Shown one piece after another: positions 48,784-63,011 of a stretch of 64,000 nucleotides of DNA. The translations under genes were made by a program, and so were the position numbers. The stretch comes from Botryllus schlosseri. Lineage: Eukaryota. Position 1 is the first letter of the stretch. The number at the start of each line of letters is the position of its first letter. Location: assembly GCA_051294905.1 (NCBI GenBank), contig CM119371.1, positions 40,178,001-40,242,000 of the forward strand, written 5' to 3'. Under the pieces are notes generated by a model. It had not been told where the DNA came from. It was given only the letters and a program-made list of their open reading frames with translations, and ran no database searches.

Positions 48784-51700
48784 GAATCACATTTATACGA
48801 TTTCATAAATTCCGATTGTTATACATTTAATAATTGCCTCTTTATCTGTTAACTTGAGTATATTAGACCATTAGGAATTAATTATTCACATGTAATAATA
48901 AGCATGGTCACTAAGGTGGGATGTGGTAATGATATTTCGGTTTGGTCATTTGGAATCACCAAGCTAGCATAAAACGTGAACATCGAAATTGAACCACGAA
49001 AATCATTGACTTGAAATACAGCGACCGTGAATATGCAACAGCATAATATCAAGCTTTTTGATGAGAGAGAGAGAGAGAGTCTTTATTTTCATCCAACCAA
49101 TATGTCATGAAATATCTTGCCAATGAAAGTTATAAAGTCTGTTAGATTAATATTTTTTTTCCGTGACGCCAACTGCACTCAAGACATAGAAAGTGATCAC
49201 GAGATGATGACGGAACATAGAAGATACTACATAATTGATATTACATTGGGATTCATGCACTACTAGAGACATTTATGTTCACAACATTTTTTTTTCTTTT
49301 TTTTTAGTTATTCATTTTTTATTTTTCATTTTTCTATCATAATCAACCATTAAACACTACACACGATACATGTGGGATTAGTAACATTTTTTTTATTCAT
49401 TTTCCGTGTTTTGTATTTTTTTTGTACATCATATTCAATTATTTAAAACCATAACACCTGATCACTAACACATATCGAGATTTTAGTCTTTATATACACA
49501 TAACTACCTTCTACAATCATCGTGAAAGTTTGCATGAAATGTATATTGTATATTGGCTTAGAAAAAGTAACATCACGAATATTCATGATAACGAATGTAA
49601 CAGTAGTATTGATTAGAGTTGGACAACGATTGCTGATTTGACAAATAAATTCCAGCATAATTATTCTTTGACATTCTCCGACCTGTTGATTTAGAAAGAG
49701 GACATTGGTTGCTCCAACGAAATATACAGTATGACAATAATTCATCATAGAAGACAGAAGATATTTATTTTGAAATGAAGCTATTTCATTGTTACCTGCG
49801 TATCAATCATGATAGAAGCAACTAATCCTACATTATGATGGCTTCAAGTCTACTCTAGTGGTAGAACTTGTCTGTTCAAATTCATTAAATCAGTAATTAA
49901 CGCCTTAAAACACACATGTGATGAAAAGCGAGAATGGAAACGATATTTGCGGATATGAATGTTGTTTTTGTCGTGTCGTTAAACTTGCACAACTTTTTCA
50001 GGTTACCTGACTGTAAAATGCACGATATAAATCGCATCATCACATTGTAACGTGTCAATTGTGTCAATCGAATGCGAAATCGTCAACTTGAATTCTAAAA
50101 TGCAACGCAGTCATTCCGCTCGTAAATCTCAATTTTTGCTGATGACGAATTGTTGGCTATTGTACACGATTACCCTCGTTGCTTCTGTCGCCTTTTCTTA
50201 CGCTCGCTGAAAAACAAGTAGGCAACCTCTGAATAAATCAATATCCTAGTTAATCAAACAAGTTTTCCTACTATTCGGATAATCAGAGGGATATGCACCG
50301 TTCGCTTTACGTCATTACAGCGTGTAAAATAGTATTAGACTTTTTGTTAACGACCTGGACTCATCGTCGGATGCATCGTTGGGATTTCATCTACAGATCG
50401 ACTATGGATTTCTATTTTTGCAAGACGATTCTTGAGCATATCCTGCTCACAATCCAATATACGGTGACATATTGATCATGTACACGCCTTTCTTGAAAAT
50501 AAACTTGCAGGCAAGTCATCGTATATCAGGGAGCGGCATTGACCGGGACGCTCTACTTCCTAGTAGACTTTGTTGACACTTTACATTTCCATTACGTAAT
50601 TACAGTGCAGTTAAAAATGTCGACTATCAATGACACTTGGAAAGATAGCTCAACTCTTTGTTTGATAGAAAGTGTTTTTTATTGCCACTAGGATCATCTG
50701 TATGAGTGGAAAGGTCATGAAAAATAGGGTCGTGCATTTCTGCATCAAGGTAACCTTAAATGGGTGACAATATGCGTAATGATATCACACTTGGATCATT
50801 GGATAATTCTAGTCGTCTAATTAGACTAAATAGAGTGAAATGCCGGTAATCTAATTCGAATCTGATTTGTGAAATATTTCGTTGCACTGTCATTTTGATT
50901 CTTATATTATTTCTGGTTTTCCTGTAAATGCTACTGAGAGAACAGTATAATGCGAAACGATCCAAGCTTACTGAACAGACATTTTCTATTATCATGCTCA
51001 TGAGCAGGAACCGTGATTTGATATGACGGGACATGATGAAATGTCAAAGTTTTCACGAATGCAGTCATTCTAATTCTAATCTAATTTGGAAAAGAGCCGT
51101 GTAGCTATCATTTATTGTAATTCAATTTGGAAATACCTGTTTAACTATATAGTTCTAATTTTATAGTTGTCCAAATCTGACTGTTATCAATTCCGAAAGT
51201 GCGTCAATTTGCTGCCCACTTCTTGACAAAACGTTGTTCGATACGTACGGGAAAATTTGTAAGTTGTCACTTGTGATTACCTAATAAAAGTATGCGACAA
51301 CCCGTCCAAATATTCGTATTTTAAATTCACATACTTCAGTAATTTTCAACCTTCATTTACAATACTTCTACTTGTACCCAAGAAAAAAATGGGCGGGATC
51401 ACTCCAGCTTCTGCACAAGACGAATTAATGACTATTTCGATAGTTTCTACAAATGATGCGACCACATATTCCGACCATCAACTCTATTTTTTACTTCGAG
51501 CAGCTAAACAATGCGGGCGGATTATTTTTTTGACTTTTGCCGTGTCAATAATGCGAGCGTCTCGTCAAATGTCAGTTTTTATTATCCAATATTTCTCGCA
51601 AGAAAATGAGATCTAGGTCAGTTGAATGCAGCAAGTAATCATGCATTGAAGTGACGCATGATTGCCGAAGATCAACTTCAGTGTCATATGTTGACAGAGG

Positions 51701-53291
51701 TTGTCAGTAAGCAAGTACTTCTACTTTTTCCAATTATAAAAGTAATTTACCCAATTTCACTACTTACTGGGATGCATGACATTGCTATTATATTCTAGCA
51801 GAAGAAACAATGTTTTTCAACGACGCTTCGTTTGATGCACATTGTGACATCGTTATGACGACACTATATGACACCACAATAATATCTAATCCATATAAAT
51901 TTGTTTTCTCTTCCGTGCATGAGAATGAATTGAGCATGGAATGGAAGGATAAATCTCAACACTCATTAACGGAGCGGTCAGACTTCGCAGCATCGGCTCA
52001 CCTGTAAAAAAAAAACATAGTCGAGTAGCTGCCAGGCGTCTACTTCTCGAGACACTGAAATGAGAAAGAATTAGAGAATATATAATACTTGTTAATAAAT
52101 GATGTATGCATTGGTCAAAATCCAAATCCTGTTACTGATTAGAATTTCAAATCCAAATCCAAAATTTAAATTGTTTCGGGGGTCAGTAACGAACTATTTC
52201 TACTTAATCAGGGTACTCAAGTAGTGTTGCCTACTTGCACCGCTTCATCAAGTCGTTACAATTTTAAAATACTTCCATTTCTACTTGTTCCGACAGTTGT
52301 TCGACAAAACTTCTTACTTCGTAAAATTTGGATTTTGAAAAGTAGCAAGTAGTTCCGGGATGATTGTTCGTCATTTTTGTTCCGTGAAAGTGTCATGGGA
52401 GTCAAGTGAAACAGCCCATGTATCGCGATAACTTAATATATATTTTACAATTATTTCGCTCACTTGCCGTGTATTTAGTCATTTTGCATTAGTGGCGATG
52501 ATATATCAAGATTGTAATTTGGAAAGTAAATATCTTCTGTGAACTACTAAAAGTAAGCGACCCGTCAACTAAATCTACATTAAAAACAACTCCCTTGAAT
52601 GCCCCTACGACCATTCGGGGACTCACGTTAGCAACTTTCAGAACCAATGGGTGTCTGCATGAACATCCGGTGTCGTAAAATATCCACAAAGAGCACAGTA
52701 TTTTCTCCTATGGTTACGAAAATATTCGAGTCCCCAATTTTTTTTGACTCATCGCCCCCCCTCACTAAGCTCTATGTATCTTTATCACAACCCCAAAAGC
52801 TAAGTTGTCATTAGCTACGAAGTACTTCTACTTATTCCTAGTACTAAACTATTTTATAGCGGCTGGTGTACTTACTCAAGAAGTTTCAATTGAATACTAT
52901 TTCTACATCAGTGTTTTTAATGCTTGGCAACTAAATTTTGCATTCTTGATATTGTCAATTGAAAAGTAGTTTTTAGACGCGCTTCAAAGACGTCTTACTT
53001 CAAAATAGACAAGACTTCACGATCAGCGATGTATGGGAAATCATGCGTAAAACAATTATTCGTATTGAATATCAAGTATAGGATATCGAATTACACTACT
53101 ATTCACTACTACCGAGCGTGATCAGGTAACCGTGGTAACGACGCTGCGTCACACCATAGCATGTCATAACCACAAGATTTCAAGTTGCGTTAGTAATGCA
53201 ACAGGCATGTTACGTGAAATGAGCATTTCATGCAAAATGATCGCAAAACTCATATATACATGCAATATAACACCTATACCTAATAATATAC

Positions 53292-56200
53292 CTAACCAAA
53301 CCATGACTCACGATATAAAACTTCCAGCTCAGCATCGATATCATTTACAATCTTCAGGGCATTCTTCCAATCGTCTCCTTTCAACATGTCATCTTCACTC
53401 CAGTATATTAATGTTACTTTCTTCAAATTAGAGTTGTTGACGAGAGACGAAACGTCATAGACAGTAGCACGACCTCCAGGGCTGAATATGCATCTGATGC
53501 ATTCGATCTGCGACGGGAGAATATTACTATTAATATTGTGTGTTATAATGATGCTTCTTGCTATTGCTAGCCTTTTCACCTGGGGCAATGATTTGTTACA
53601 TGGTACTTTAGATCAGGGGTTGCCAACCTTTTAGCTGTTCACGGCCGCATTCCAGGACCAAGTCGCAATGAACTAATTGGATGCCAAATATCCATGTTAA
53701 ACTGCACATGTCCATTTCCGGTGAACTCCGGACTAATCTATCTATACAAATCAGCACACTAATTTCTGGAACCAATTGTGGTCGCACGAGCCGCGAAGTT
53801 TTCATAGGATTCGGGAATGAATTTTGTCATTAACATTAGTAGTTTCACATATTACTGCCAGACATTTCATTTTTTCTTTCTCAGCCCATGTGATCATATC
53901 CATCGGTTGAGTTCATGGAGGTGGGCGTTTCCGAAAATCTTGGGCAAATCATAATTGATGATTCATCTTTTGGTGGGCCGATTGTTAGTAGTCACTTTGT
54001 TGCATCCTAACTGTTGTTATTCCACGTCCCATCAGGATTGTCAGTATATAGTGGAAATATATTGAAATCGCCCAATAGTACCGGAATCAATTTTCTTTCG
54101 TGAGGAGCACACGATTCCAAGTTGGTATTTGTATATGGGGCCCTTCATTTTCATATGCTGTTCACATCTGTACTGCGGGGTTCCGATTGCGAAGGGCGCT
54201 CTTATATTAAAATCGCGCAAAATAAATTTCCATATTGATCACTATCGGTAGTCAATTTGTAAATTGAATATGCATGTTGTAGGTCACCAAAAAATAATAA
54301 TTGAATTACGTGTCGAAGGCCGCACAAATTCCATTCTACGGCCTCAGGTTGGCTATCCCTGCTTTAGATAAACTTATTGATAAGAATTACGAACTCCGCA
54401 ACTGCGGTGGATATCTAGGACAAGAAAAACAAGTTAATTCATGTGAAGGGGATTCGAACTGAACGGCAGAGTTAAATAATCAACGTGCGTTGGTGGAATA
54501 TGTACGTTGCATCTATGCAAATAACACCGGATCATAATTACTACCTTCTTTTGCTTGCAAGCTTCAACAATATTTCTGAATTTATCTCCTCTTGTAAAGC
54601 AGAACATTGCCTGGATACTGCCCAAAGCGGAAATTTCTCTGGCACGGTCCAAAATACTGTTGTAATTGTCGACGGATATCTGGCCATTCACAGCAATTTC
54701 CAAGGCCTCCATCTTAAATGCGGAAGATATAAGTTGTTAAATCTTGTAACAAGAATCGGTAATTTAATTAAAGACAGTTATTCCCGGAAGTTAAGATAGA
54801 CGCCTAAAGAATGATCAATTCTGATACTCGAGATATATAGGGAAATATAAATGCGTTTGAAAGCAATCTTAAATTCGAATGAGGAATCGTACTTGATACT
54901 TTTTCCAGGAAGTTTCAATTAGCGACCAATCGATATCTCCTCCCTCCGTGCAATCGAGCAAGATCTTGCTTATCTGAACACAATATTGGCTTCATGAGGT
55001 AAGATGACATCATCGTGACGTGGTCATGTATTGAAATCTATATTCATATTTTCACAGTATAATAGTGATTTCTTACAATTATTTGATTGTACACAATGCA
55101 TACTGAGCAGGATCTCTCGTTAGAATCTACTCATGAATATTCTTTGTATTGTATAAAGTAGTGGTGGTCAAAGTAGTCGTCGTCGATACTCAAGTAGAAG
55201 TACTCAATTACATTTCTACTCAAGTAGTATTAACGATATACAAGTAAGTAAGAAAGTAAGTACTCCAAGCCAAAGAATTAAAACTAGAGTTATACAGTAT
55301 TTCAAAATTAGAATTAGAGCTACACCATTTTTTTCCAAATGAGATTGGAATTAGAGCTACACAGTTTTTTTCCCATTTAGATTGTGATTAGAATTAGAGC
55401 TACAGTTTTTTTTTTCAATAAAATTATAATTAGAGCTACAGTTTTTTTCAAATAAGATTAAGATTAGAATTAGAGCTACACAGTTTTTTTTTTAAATAAG
55501 ATTAGGATTAGAATTAGAGCTACACAGTTTTTCCAAATAAGATTAGTATTAGTATTAGAGCTACACAGTTTGTTTTTTTTTTCAAATAAGATTAGAATTA
55601 GAGCTATACAGTTTTTTTCCAAATAAGATTACAGCTCTAATTATAATTATATTTGGAAAAAAACTGTAATTCTAATTCTAATCTGATTTGGAAAGAAACT
55701 GGGAAGCTCTAATAATAACTCTAATCTTATTTGGAGAAAAAACCGTATAGCTCTAATTATAATTTTATTTGGAGAAAGACTGTAACTCTAACTATAATTT
55801 TATCTGGAAAAAAACTGTGTAGCTCTAATTATAATCTTATTTGGAAAAAAACTGTGTAGCTCTAATTATAATCTTATTTGGAAAAAAACTGTGTAGCTCT
55901 AATTATAATCTTATTTGGAAAAAAACTGTGTAGCTCTAATTATAATCTTATTTGGAAAAAAACTGTGTAGCTCTAATTATAATCTTATTTGGAAAAAAAC
56001 TGTGTAGCTCTAATTATAATCTTATTTGAAAAAAAACTGTGTAGTTATGATTCATCGTCTTGATGCCATCTAGTGCGGCATCAAAAAGAGCAACCAGCCG
56101 CCGCCATCATTAACCACATTCCCACGGAGCCATGGCGCAGAGGTGGCTGGAATCGGAAAACATGGCGTTCGACATGGAGACTGATCTAGCGCAACGGGGG

Positions 56201-59200
56201 CTGTCGCTTGAAGACGCCCACGACCGCCTACGTTGGAGATGCCTAACACGAGCCCAAAGCTGATTATCTCGATGTTCTTTTGTTTCCTGTTTTCTTTTGC
56301 CCTTTTTATTTTATCTATTGGAAAAGTCGATATATATATCATTCTAATTTAATTCAATTTGGAAATAACTCTTTAACTATAGCACTAATTCTAATCTGAT
56401 TTGGAAAGAAACTGTGTAGCTCTAATTATGATCCTATTACAATTACAATCCAAATTAGATTGGGATTAGAATTAGAGCTACAGTTTTTTTCCCAATAAAA
56501 TTAGAATTAGAGCTACACAATTTTTGTTAAATAAAATGATAATTAGAGCTACACAGTTTTTTTCCAAAAAAGATTAGGATTAGAATTAGAGCTACACAGT
56601 TTTTTTCCAAAAAATATTAGGATTAGAATTAGAGCTACAGTTTTTCCAAATAAAATTTTAATTAGAGCCACACATTTTTTTCCGAATTAGATTAGAATTG
56701 GAAATAAAGCTACACAGTTTTTTATAAATTAGATTAGAATTAGAATTTGAGCTACACGTTTTTTTCCAAATTAGATTGAAATTATAATTAGAGATAAATT
56801 TTTTTTCCAAATTAGATTGGAATTAGAGTTATACAGTTTTTCAAAATTAGATTAGAATTAGAATAGAAGCTACACAGTTTTCTTTCAGAATTAGATTATA
56901 ATTAGAATTAAAGGTAGAGTGTTTTTTTCAAATTAGATTGGAATTAGAGTTATGCAGTTTTCCAAAATTACGGTACATTAGGATCAGAATTAGAGCTAGT
57001 TTTTTTTCGAATTAGATTAGAATTAGAGCTACGCTGTTTTTTTCCAAATTAAATTAGAATTAGAATTAGAGCTACACAGTAGGGGTCCCCAAAAATGACT
57101 TTTTTCCCAAATTCTATTGGCTGTTTGATAAAATTGATAGGTTACCCAATTCAAGCCTGCACACCAAGTTTGGTTCAATTCCAACCAGTAGTCGCATTGC
57201 TGCTGGAGAAGAATGTTTTTTCATTCATTATATAAAAATGTTTAAAAAAATTCAAAATTTTCTGTTCATCCCATGAAATTGTTCGGTTTTCTATAGAAAC
57301 GATGTTCGCCAAATTTGGCTCAATTCCAACCAGCGGAAGCGGAGTTATTGAGTATAAGTATATTGCCTTGACATGCAATGGTTCAGACACTGACAAGACC
57401 GAGTTGCTTAGGAAACGGCCTAGGGCGTCCTAGAGCGTTGTGAGGTATCGTGCGCAGCTCATATTGTTTAAAATAAAATGAAGTTCATGATGATGATATT
57501 TCTTGTATTTGTACTACTTCAATAAAATATTTCTTCCGATGCCCATGTTAGTGAGCACAGCGTTTTACTAATATAAAGTTTTAATACGTGGCTGCTCAAC
57601 TGTGTAGTCTATTTTGTCTCGATATTGCATTCTTGCGGCCCGCGGCCGCTACGAATATTTGGAAAGTGGCCAGCGACACGTTTTGAGTTGATGACTTCTG
57701 CACTATACAGTTCTCCTGAATGACTGTGCGGTGCAAGCAATGCGATGGCGACTTGGCACCCGATTTCCCTGCAAAATGCCGTGTACAAATAAACATTTTC
57801 AGGGAAACAATAAACTGGATTATAATTAGAATTAGAGCATAGAAGCATTACACAAATTAGAGTAGAATTAGATTACTGATTCGAGTCGAGTAGTAAAACA
57901 CATTTTTTCGAGCACTGAAATTATACGCTCCTCGCCACTGAAAGTGAATTTATCAACGAGAATTACAGTTTCGATTCTAATTTTCACTGTTGAAGATTAG
58001 AACAAGCCTTGAAATCTTGATTGGCCGGTTCGCAGCACATTTCCGAATTCATGATCATCCCACAACATTGTCACCAAGTGCAATGAAATCGGTATGGTCA
58101 AAAAATACCAAAGTATCTTTCATGTGATGGAGAACAGGTATTACCTATATTCTTTACGGTCGCCTAAAAGGTACACATTTGAACTTTGCCATAGTAGGCT
58201 ACATTTTGTTATGACATCATAACGAGTGATACTCGATTACTCGAAGCGTATTACGTGATTCAGAATCGAATAACTCAGATACTCGATCTTGCCCAGGCCA
58301 ACTTATAAGATCTTACATTTCCCACTTTCACTTGAAGTAGTTTTATTAAGTCTTTTAAAGAGCCAGTTCTACTTGTAATCGCGTATAAATTCAACAAGTT
58401 GCTTCTACTTGATTAGCAAGGCTGAGTACTTTGACCAGCTCTGCGTACACTCGAGACTCGACTCGAAACATTGGAGACTAGGTGTGTTCAAAAAAAAAAC
58501 TTTTTTCAAATTTCATCGGCTTAGTTGTCGAATCATCAGGTTACCTAAAATAACGTTGCTCACCAAATTTGAGTCAATTCCAACCAGTAGAATCGGAGGT
58601 CACTCAAATTGAAATTTCGGTCATTTTTGAAATAATAGTATTTACGGAGACCAATTTCGGTGAATTGAAAATGACTCAACTTGACTCGTGACTCAGTGCC
58701 TTGTGACTTGGTTACAACCCTGAGTTTGGATGAAGACATCGCCAGTAAACGAAAAAAGATATGGCACGAAATTACTTGAAAATGGGTCCACTTCATTGAA
58801 ATCGACATGTTGAAACGATGGTAAGATAATTTTCAAATATATTACTTTACACACTGAAATTACCGACCACAAAAAGGATATGAACTGACAAGAAGGTAAA
58901 ATACAGGTAAATATATTTCTCAAGTGACAGTCGAGAAGTATTTTTTGTCGGACCAATTTAGATTTCATTAAATCTATCCCAGTTACGCAAGACATACCGA
59001 TGTCTCTCTGCCTTGATTCAAAGTTTTTACTGATTGCAAAGTCGCCATTCCCAAAATCTCATCCACAGAGACGTCAGTTGCATTCCTCAGCAGCTCCGTG
59101 TTCGAATATTTCTCTGCTACTTGACATTGACTTATCCAGGGCTTTAAAAATGGTGCTGATTGCAATTCAGAATGGGCTATGCCACTGAATAGTATTTATG

Positions 59201-62200
59201 TGTTGTAAAAAACATTTCTGATACTCCACATAAGCGTTGATACTAGAGCTATGTATGTGCTCGAAACAATGTGAGGTTAAAGGAAACCAAATGGTAAGCC
59301 AATGAGCTTATAAAGCACATTAGTCATTTTCTGGTCTTTCAATATCACCTGGCCCCCCTGGTCATCGAATAATAAAAAGCGTTGGTGTTTTACCACGATA
59401 TATGGATACAATTAGATGGTAGTAACCGAATATGGAGGATGACATGCAGAGAAGACGATAACTTTTGATAGGAAGAAGATCTGTCACGATGCCCATTAGT
59501 CTTATCCTTCACCTGTGATATTGTACTATAAAAGTGCTGCAGAGCAAATAATAAAATATCATATAATATCAAATGGTATCGTGAAGAAATCTACGTTGGA
59601 CCAACAAAGAATATAGATATTGACAATCACTTGAGAATATATTTACCCATATTTTATGTGCTTATTGTCAGTTCATGTCCTTTTCGTGGTCATCAATTTC
59701 AGTGTGTAAAGTACTCTATTTGAAAATTATCTCACCATCGTTTCAACATGTCGATTTCAACGAAGTGGACCAATTTCCAGGTAATCCATGCCATATCTTT
59801 TTTTCGTTTACTGGCGATGTCTTCATCCAAACCCCACCATAGGCCCTTGTCAAGATCAAAACAACGGGAAAATACATCCCTGCCAATTCAGGCATACCTG
59901 GAACACGGTTTTTGGTCATGTCGGTGTCACGAAATTGGTCACCGTAAATACTACTATTACTTGAAAAATGACTGAAGTTTCAATTTGAGTGACCTCGGCT
60001 TCTAATGGTTGGAATTGAGTCAAATTTGGTGTGCAACGTATTTTTTAGGTAACCTGATGATTTGACAAGCCAATGAAATTTGGAAAAAAAAAAATTCTGA
60101 ACAGCCCTATTGCAGACGCAAGATGAGTAGGCATTGACAACACAATTTTTAATTGAAAAATCCTTCTTAATGAATTGTGCATTGTTTATTTACTAAAAAT
60201 GACAGATTAAATATTTTATATGTTTTTTTCCAATAAAAATTGTAAAACTTGAGATTCCGAAACACCATATCAACTCTATTTGAATTGCAACAGAAAGTCA
60301 TTCCGTGCAGATCTGAAAAGAAATAGCGCATATGCACACGAAACACCTCGAATTATGCTCGATTCAGGCGCGCACAAGAAATCGTTCTATTCCTGATATC
60401 TGTTATATAGTTAGACCATGATTACTTGATTATCCACTTGTGGATAAAGTATGGGTGAAAGTAGATTTAAAGCGGATAATCTAATCGATTAACCACAATG
60501 TAATGTTTGAGTTTTAAAGCAAACTTGAAACTGTATATTTATGAGAAGAAAAATATCAGTAACTGACCTTTTCCAATTTGCGATCTGATAACTGCCGCAA
60601 ATCATTCTGCTTGGCCAACAGATGTTGTTGTTCGTTCAATTTGATAAATTCTGCATCGAAAAGTATCCCGAGAAATACCACATCAGTTACGTAACCAATC
60701 TGGTCGACAGACAGAGTAGATTTCTGTGAAAATGTAGTCAGTTGCATCACATCCTACGAAGGACTCATTCTCAGAGATACGATCAATCATAAGAGAATAT
60801 TGCCACTACATATAGCCAATGCCGGTAAGACGATGAGATCTCGTTATCAGAACATAGCTTGCCAAACGAGTCGTCTGAAATTGCGCACATGAATAACGCA
60901 ACCGTTACATGAATTATATTGACTGAGACTTTCATGAAAATATATTAGCTCCCTCCATATCTATATTGCGCGAAGTATCACCAAATTCTCGACTCTCCGC
61001 AAAAACAGTCACTGAATTTCTTCGTCATGGTCGCTCTCACTCTCTTATTGGAAGTACATATTACTTCTACTTGACAAATTGTAAACGGCGAAAAGTAAGT
61101 TATTGGGACACAAAATATGACAAAGTACAAGTAGAAGTAGAGCGGCGTAACATTTGATTTACTTGAGTGAGTGCGGCAAGTAGAGGTAAATACTTGAGTA
61201 CTTGGAAAAAGTAGAAGTTACCCCTCTGGATTTGAATTAATAGAATACTCCAAATCATCCTTTCACTGTATCGCACGGTTATTTTAATTGAGTAAAAGTA
61301 GACTAAAGTTTGATAAAAGGTGATTTGAATTGAGTGAAATTAAATATCCGATTCCAAATCGTAGCGTTCTCTCGGGTATGACCTGGTGATGATATTGTCT
61401 AGTGCTGCTTATGCCATAATAAAGCTCATAATTATGTCATAAGCTACAGCCTGGCTACACTACACCGTGAATCCATTGCTGTATGTGACAATTATGTTGC
61501 TTTACAGCTTTGTAGTGAAGTCAGTGAAATAAACAAAGATCCGATCATCAGCATGAACCCGTTCAGATAAAATATTAAATTTCGTCTCACCCATGGCTCT
61601 GGTACCCCCCAAAATCAGCGTCAAATTTTGCATTGTGAGGGAATTTGGCATTGTGACACACCAATGCTGCCTGGCTCTGGCTCCTGAGCTGCAGTATCGT
61701 TTTGTCAGACAACATTGTTGCGTCACAATGCCAAACTACAACACAATGTAAAATACGAGGCTGATTTTAGGGGGGTTCCAGTGCCACGGGTAAAATAAAA
61801 TTTATATTTTCGTAATCGGTACAGCAATAGCTTTCGATTGGTACACGTTTTATCAAATTTCCCACTCGGCGAGCCGGTCAAAATTGACCTTAGATTGCCT
61901 TTGGTCAAGTGGAATGTATGAAGTAACCCAAATACAGTCAGCCGTTCAATCTCTCCACACCATATATTGAACAAAGATCCGATCGTAAGTAACGATGTCA
62001 TCATTCCAACCTTGATGTTAAAGTGACCGCTTACACCGCCAGTCATGTCGATGACATCTTCTCCGTTCTTTAAATCAAAACAGTTTCCGGCAGACAACTT
62101 GACAACCTGAAAATTGTTCAGAAACTCGAGTATTCCATCATCCCAAAAATATTGTGACGTCATATCAGACATACGGTGATGACAACAGCATCGGAATACG

Positions 62201-62216
62201 TCACCAACACGGTTCC
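53292..62216 (-). CDS. Predicted multi-exon gene of unknown function, 5' end not located
   Basis: AG/GT-bounded, phase-compatible open exons: 62216-62175, 62106-62035, 60753-60568, [59512-59394, 59184-58998], 54973-54893, 54712-54545, 53579-53292 (stop). The last three are the best supported. No domain recognised. Confidence 0.5.
53614..54361. mobile_element. hAT/Charlie-type MITE in the predicted last intron
   Basis: CAGGGGTTGCCAACC...GGTTGGCTATCCCTG ends, perfect TSD CTTTAGAT. Confidence 0.88.
55159..58443. mobile_element. Probable Tol2-like non-autonomous hAT element hosting the satellite
   Basis: Imperfect TIR (TGGTCAAAGTA / TACTTTGACCA) and AAGTA/TACTT subterminal repeats; TSD not seen. 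Confidence 0.5.
55280..57080. repeat. 37-43-bp tandem satellite (ATTAGAGCTACACAGTTTTTTTCCAAAT core) with orientation switches
   Basis: Forward 55280-55630, reverse 55631-56435 (interrupted 56048-56341), forward 56440-57080. About 6 near-identical 37-bp units at 55806-56045. Confidence 0.92.
58479..60109. mobile_element. hAT-type element with ~480-bp inverted arms
   Basis: TAGGTGTGTTCA...TGAACAGCCCTA ends; TSD TTGGAGAC/TTGCAGAC; arms ~58479-58960 and ~59600-60109. Confidence 0.82.
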
Positions 62217-62429
62217 CTGATTTAGCAAAAGAAATCGGTGAAAATTCTGTGTAATAAGCCAAAAGTCACACTGGTTAATAGAGTTGACTTGTAACTAAAA
62301 CTGTAAGCACCGCAAACGGTATTCCAGCATTTACGCCACGAGACATTTTTGAGGGATTTTTGTCTTTATAATCGGCGCGCGAAATAAGAAAGTTTGTCAT
62401 TGTGTGCATGCATATAATTATATATATAC

Positions 62430-63011
62430 AAGGGTAGTTCAAAAATAACTTTTTTTCGGATACCCGGGATTCACTGATTACATTGTTAGGTTGCCTAAAA
62501 AAACGCTGCATACTAAATTTGGCTCAATTCCTACCAGTAGAGGCCGACGCAGAGCCAGTTGAAAATAATTATTTTTAATATAATTACTGTAAGCCTCATG
62601 ATATTGTTGAGTTGTCTACGAAAACGATGCGAAACAAATTTGACGTAACTGCAACCCATAGGAGCCAAGTTATTAGAGTTTTTCAATAATAATTTTCGGT
62701 TTTCCCACCGACAATGCTACTTTTGAACTTTCAACCGCAATAACTTAGTTTCTGCTGGTTGGAATGGAGCAAAAAATGTCATGCTTCGTTCTTTCAGGTA
62801 CCTGAACAATCTTATGGAGTTGGCAGTAAAAGTGGAACAATTTATTTTTCAATTTTGGTATAATAAATTCAAAATTTCAATTGGCTCTGCGTTGGCTTAT
62901 ACTGTTTGTAATCGAGCCAAATTTGATGTGCAGCGATTATTTAACCAACCTAACAATTTAATCAGGAAATCCACGGAATCTGAAAAAAAAAGTTATCTTT
63001 GAACAATCCTA
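62430..63011. mobile_element. Palindromic MITE related to the 58479 family (other pieces near 45911, 46800, 57080)
   Basis: AGGGTAGTTCAAA...TTTGAACAATCCTA ends; shared CAAATTTG..TCAATTCC motifs. Confidence 0.78.

Noticed and set aside
61723..62262. 179-aa ORF as a single-exon gene
   Set aside because: It runs through a probable intron and into the direct-repeat-flanked insert; only part is a plausible exon.
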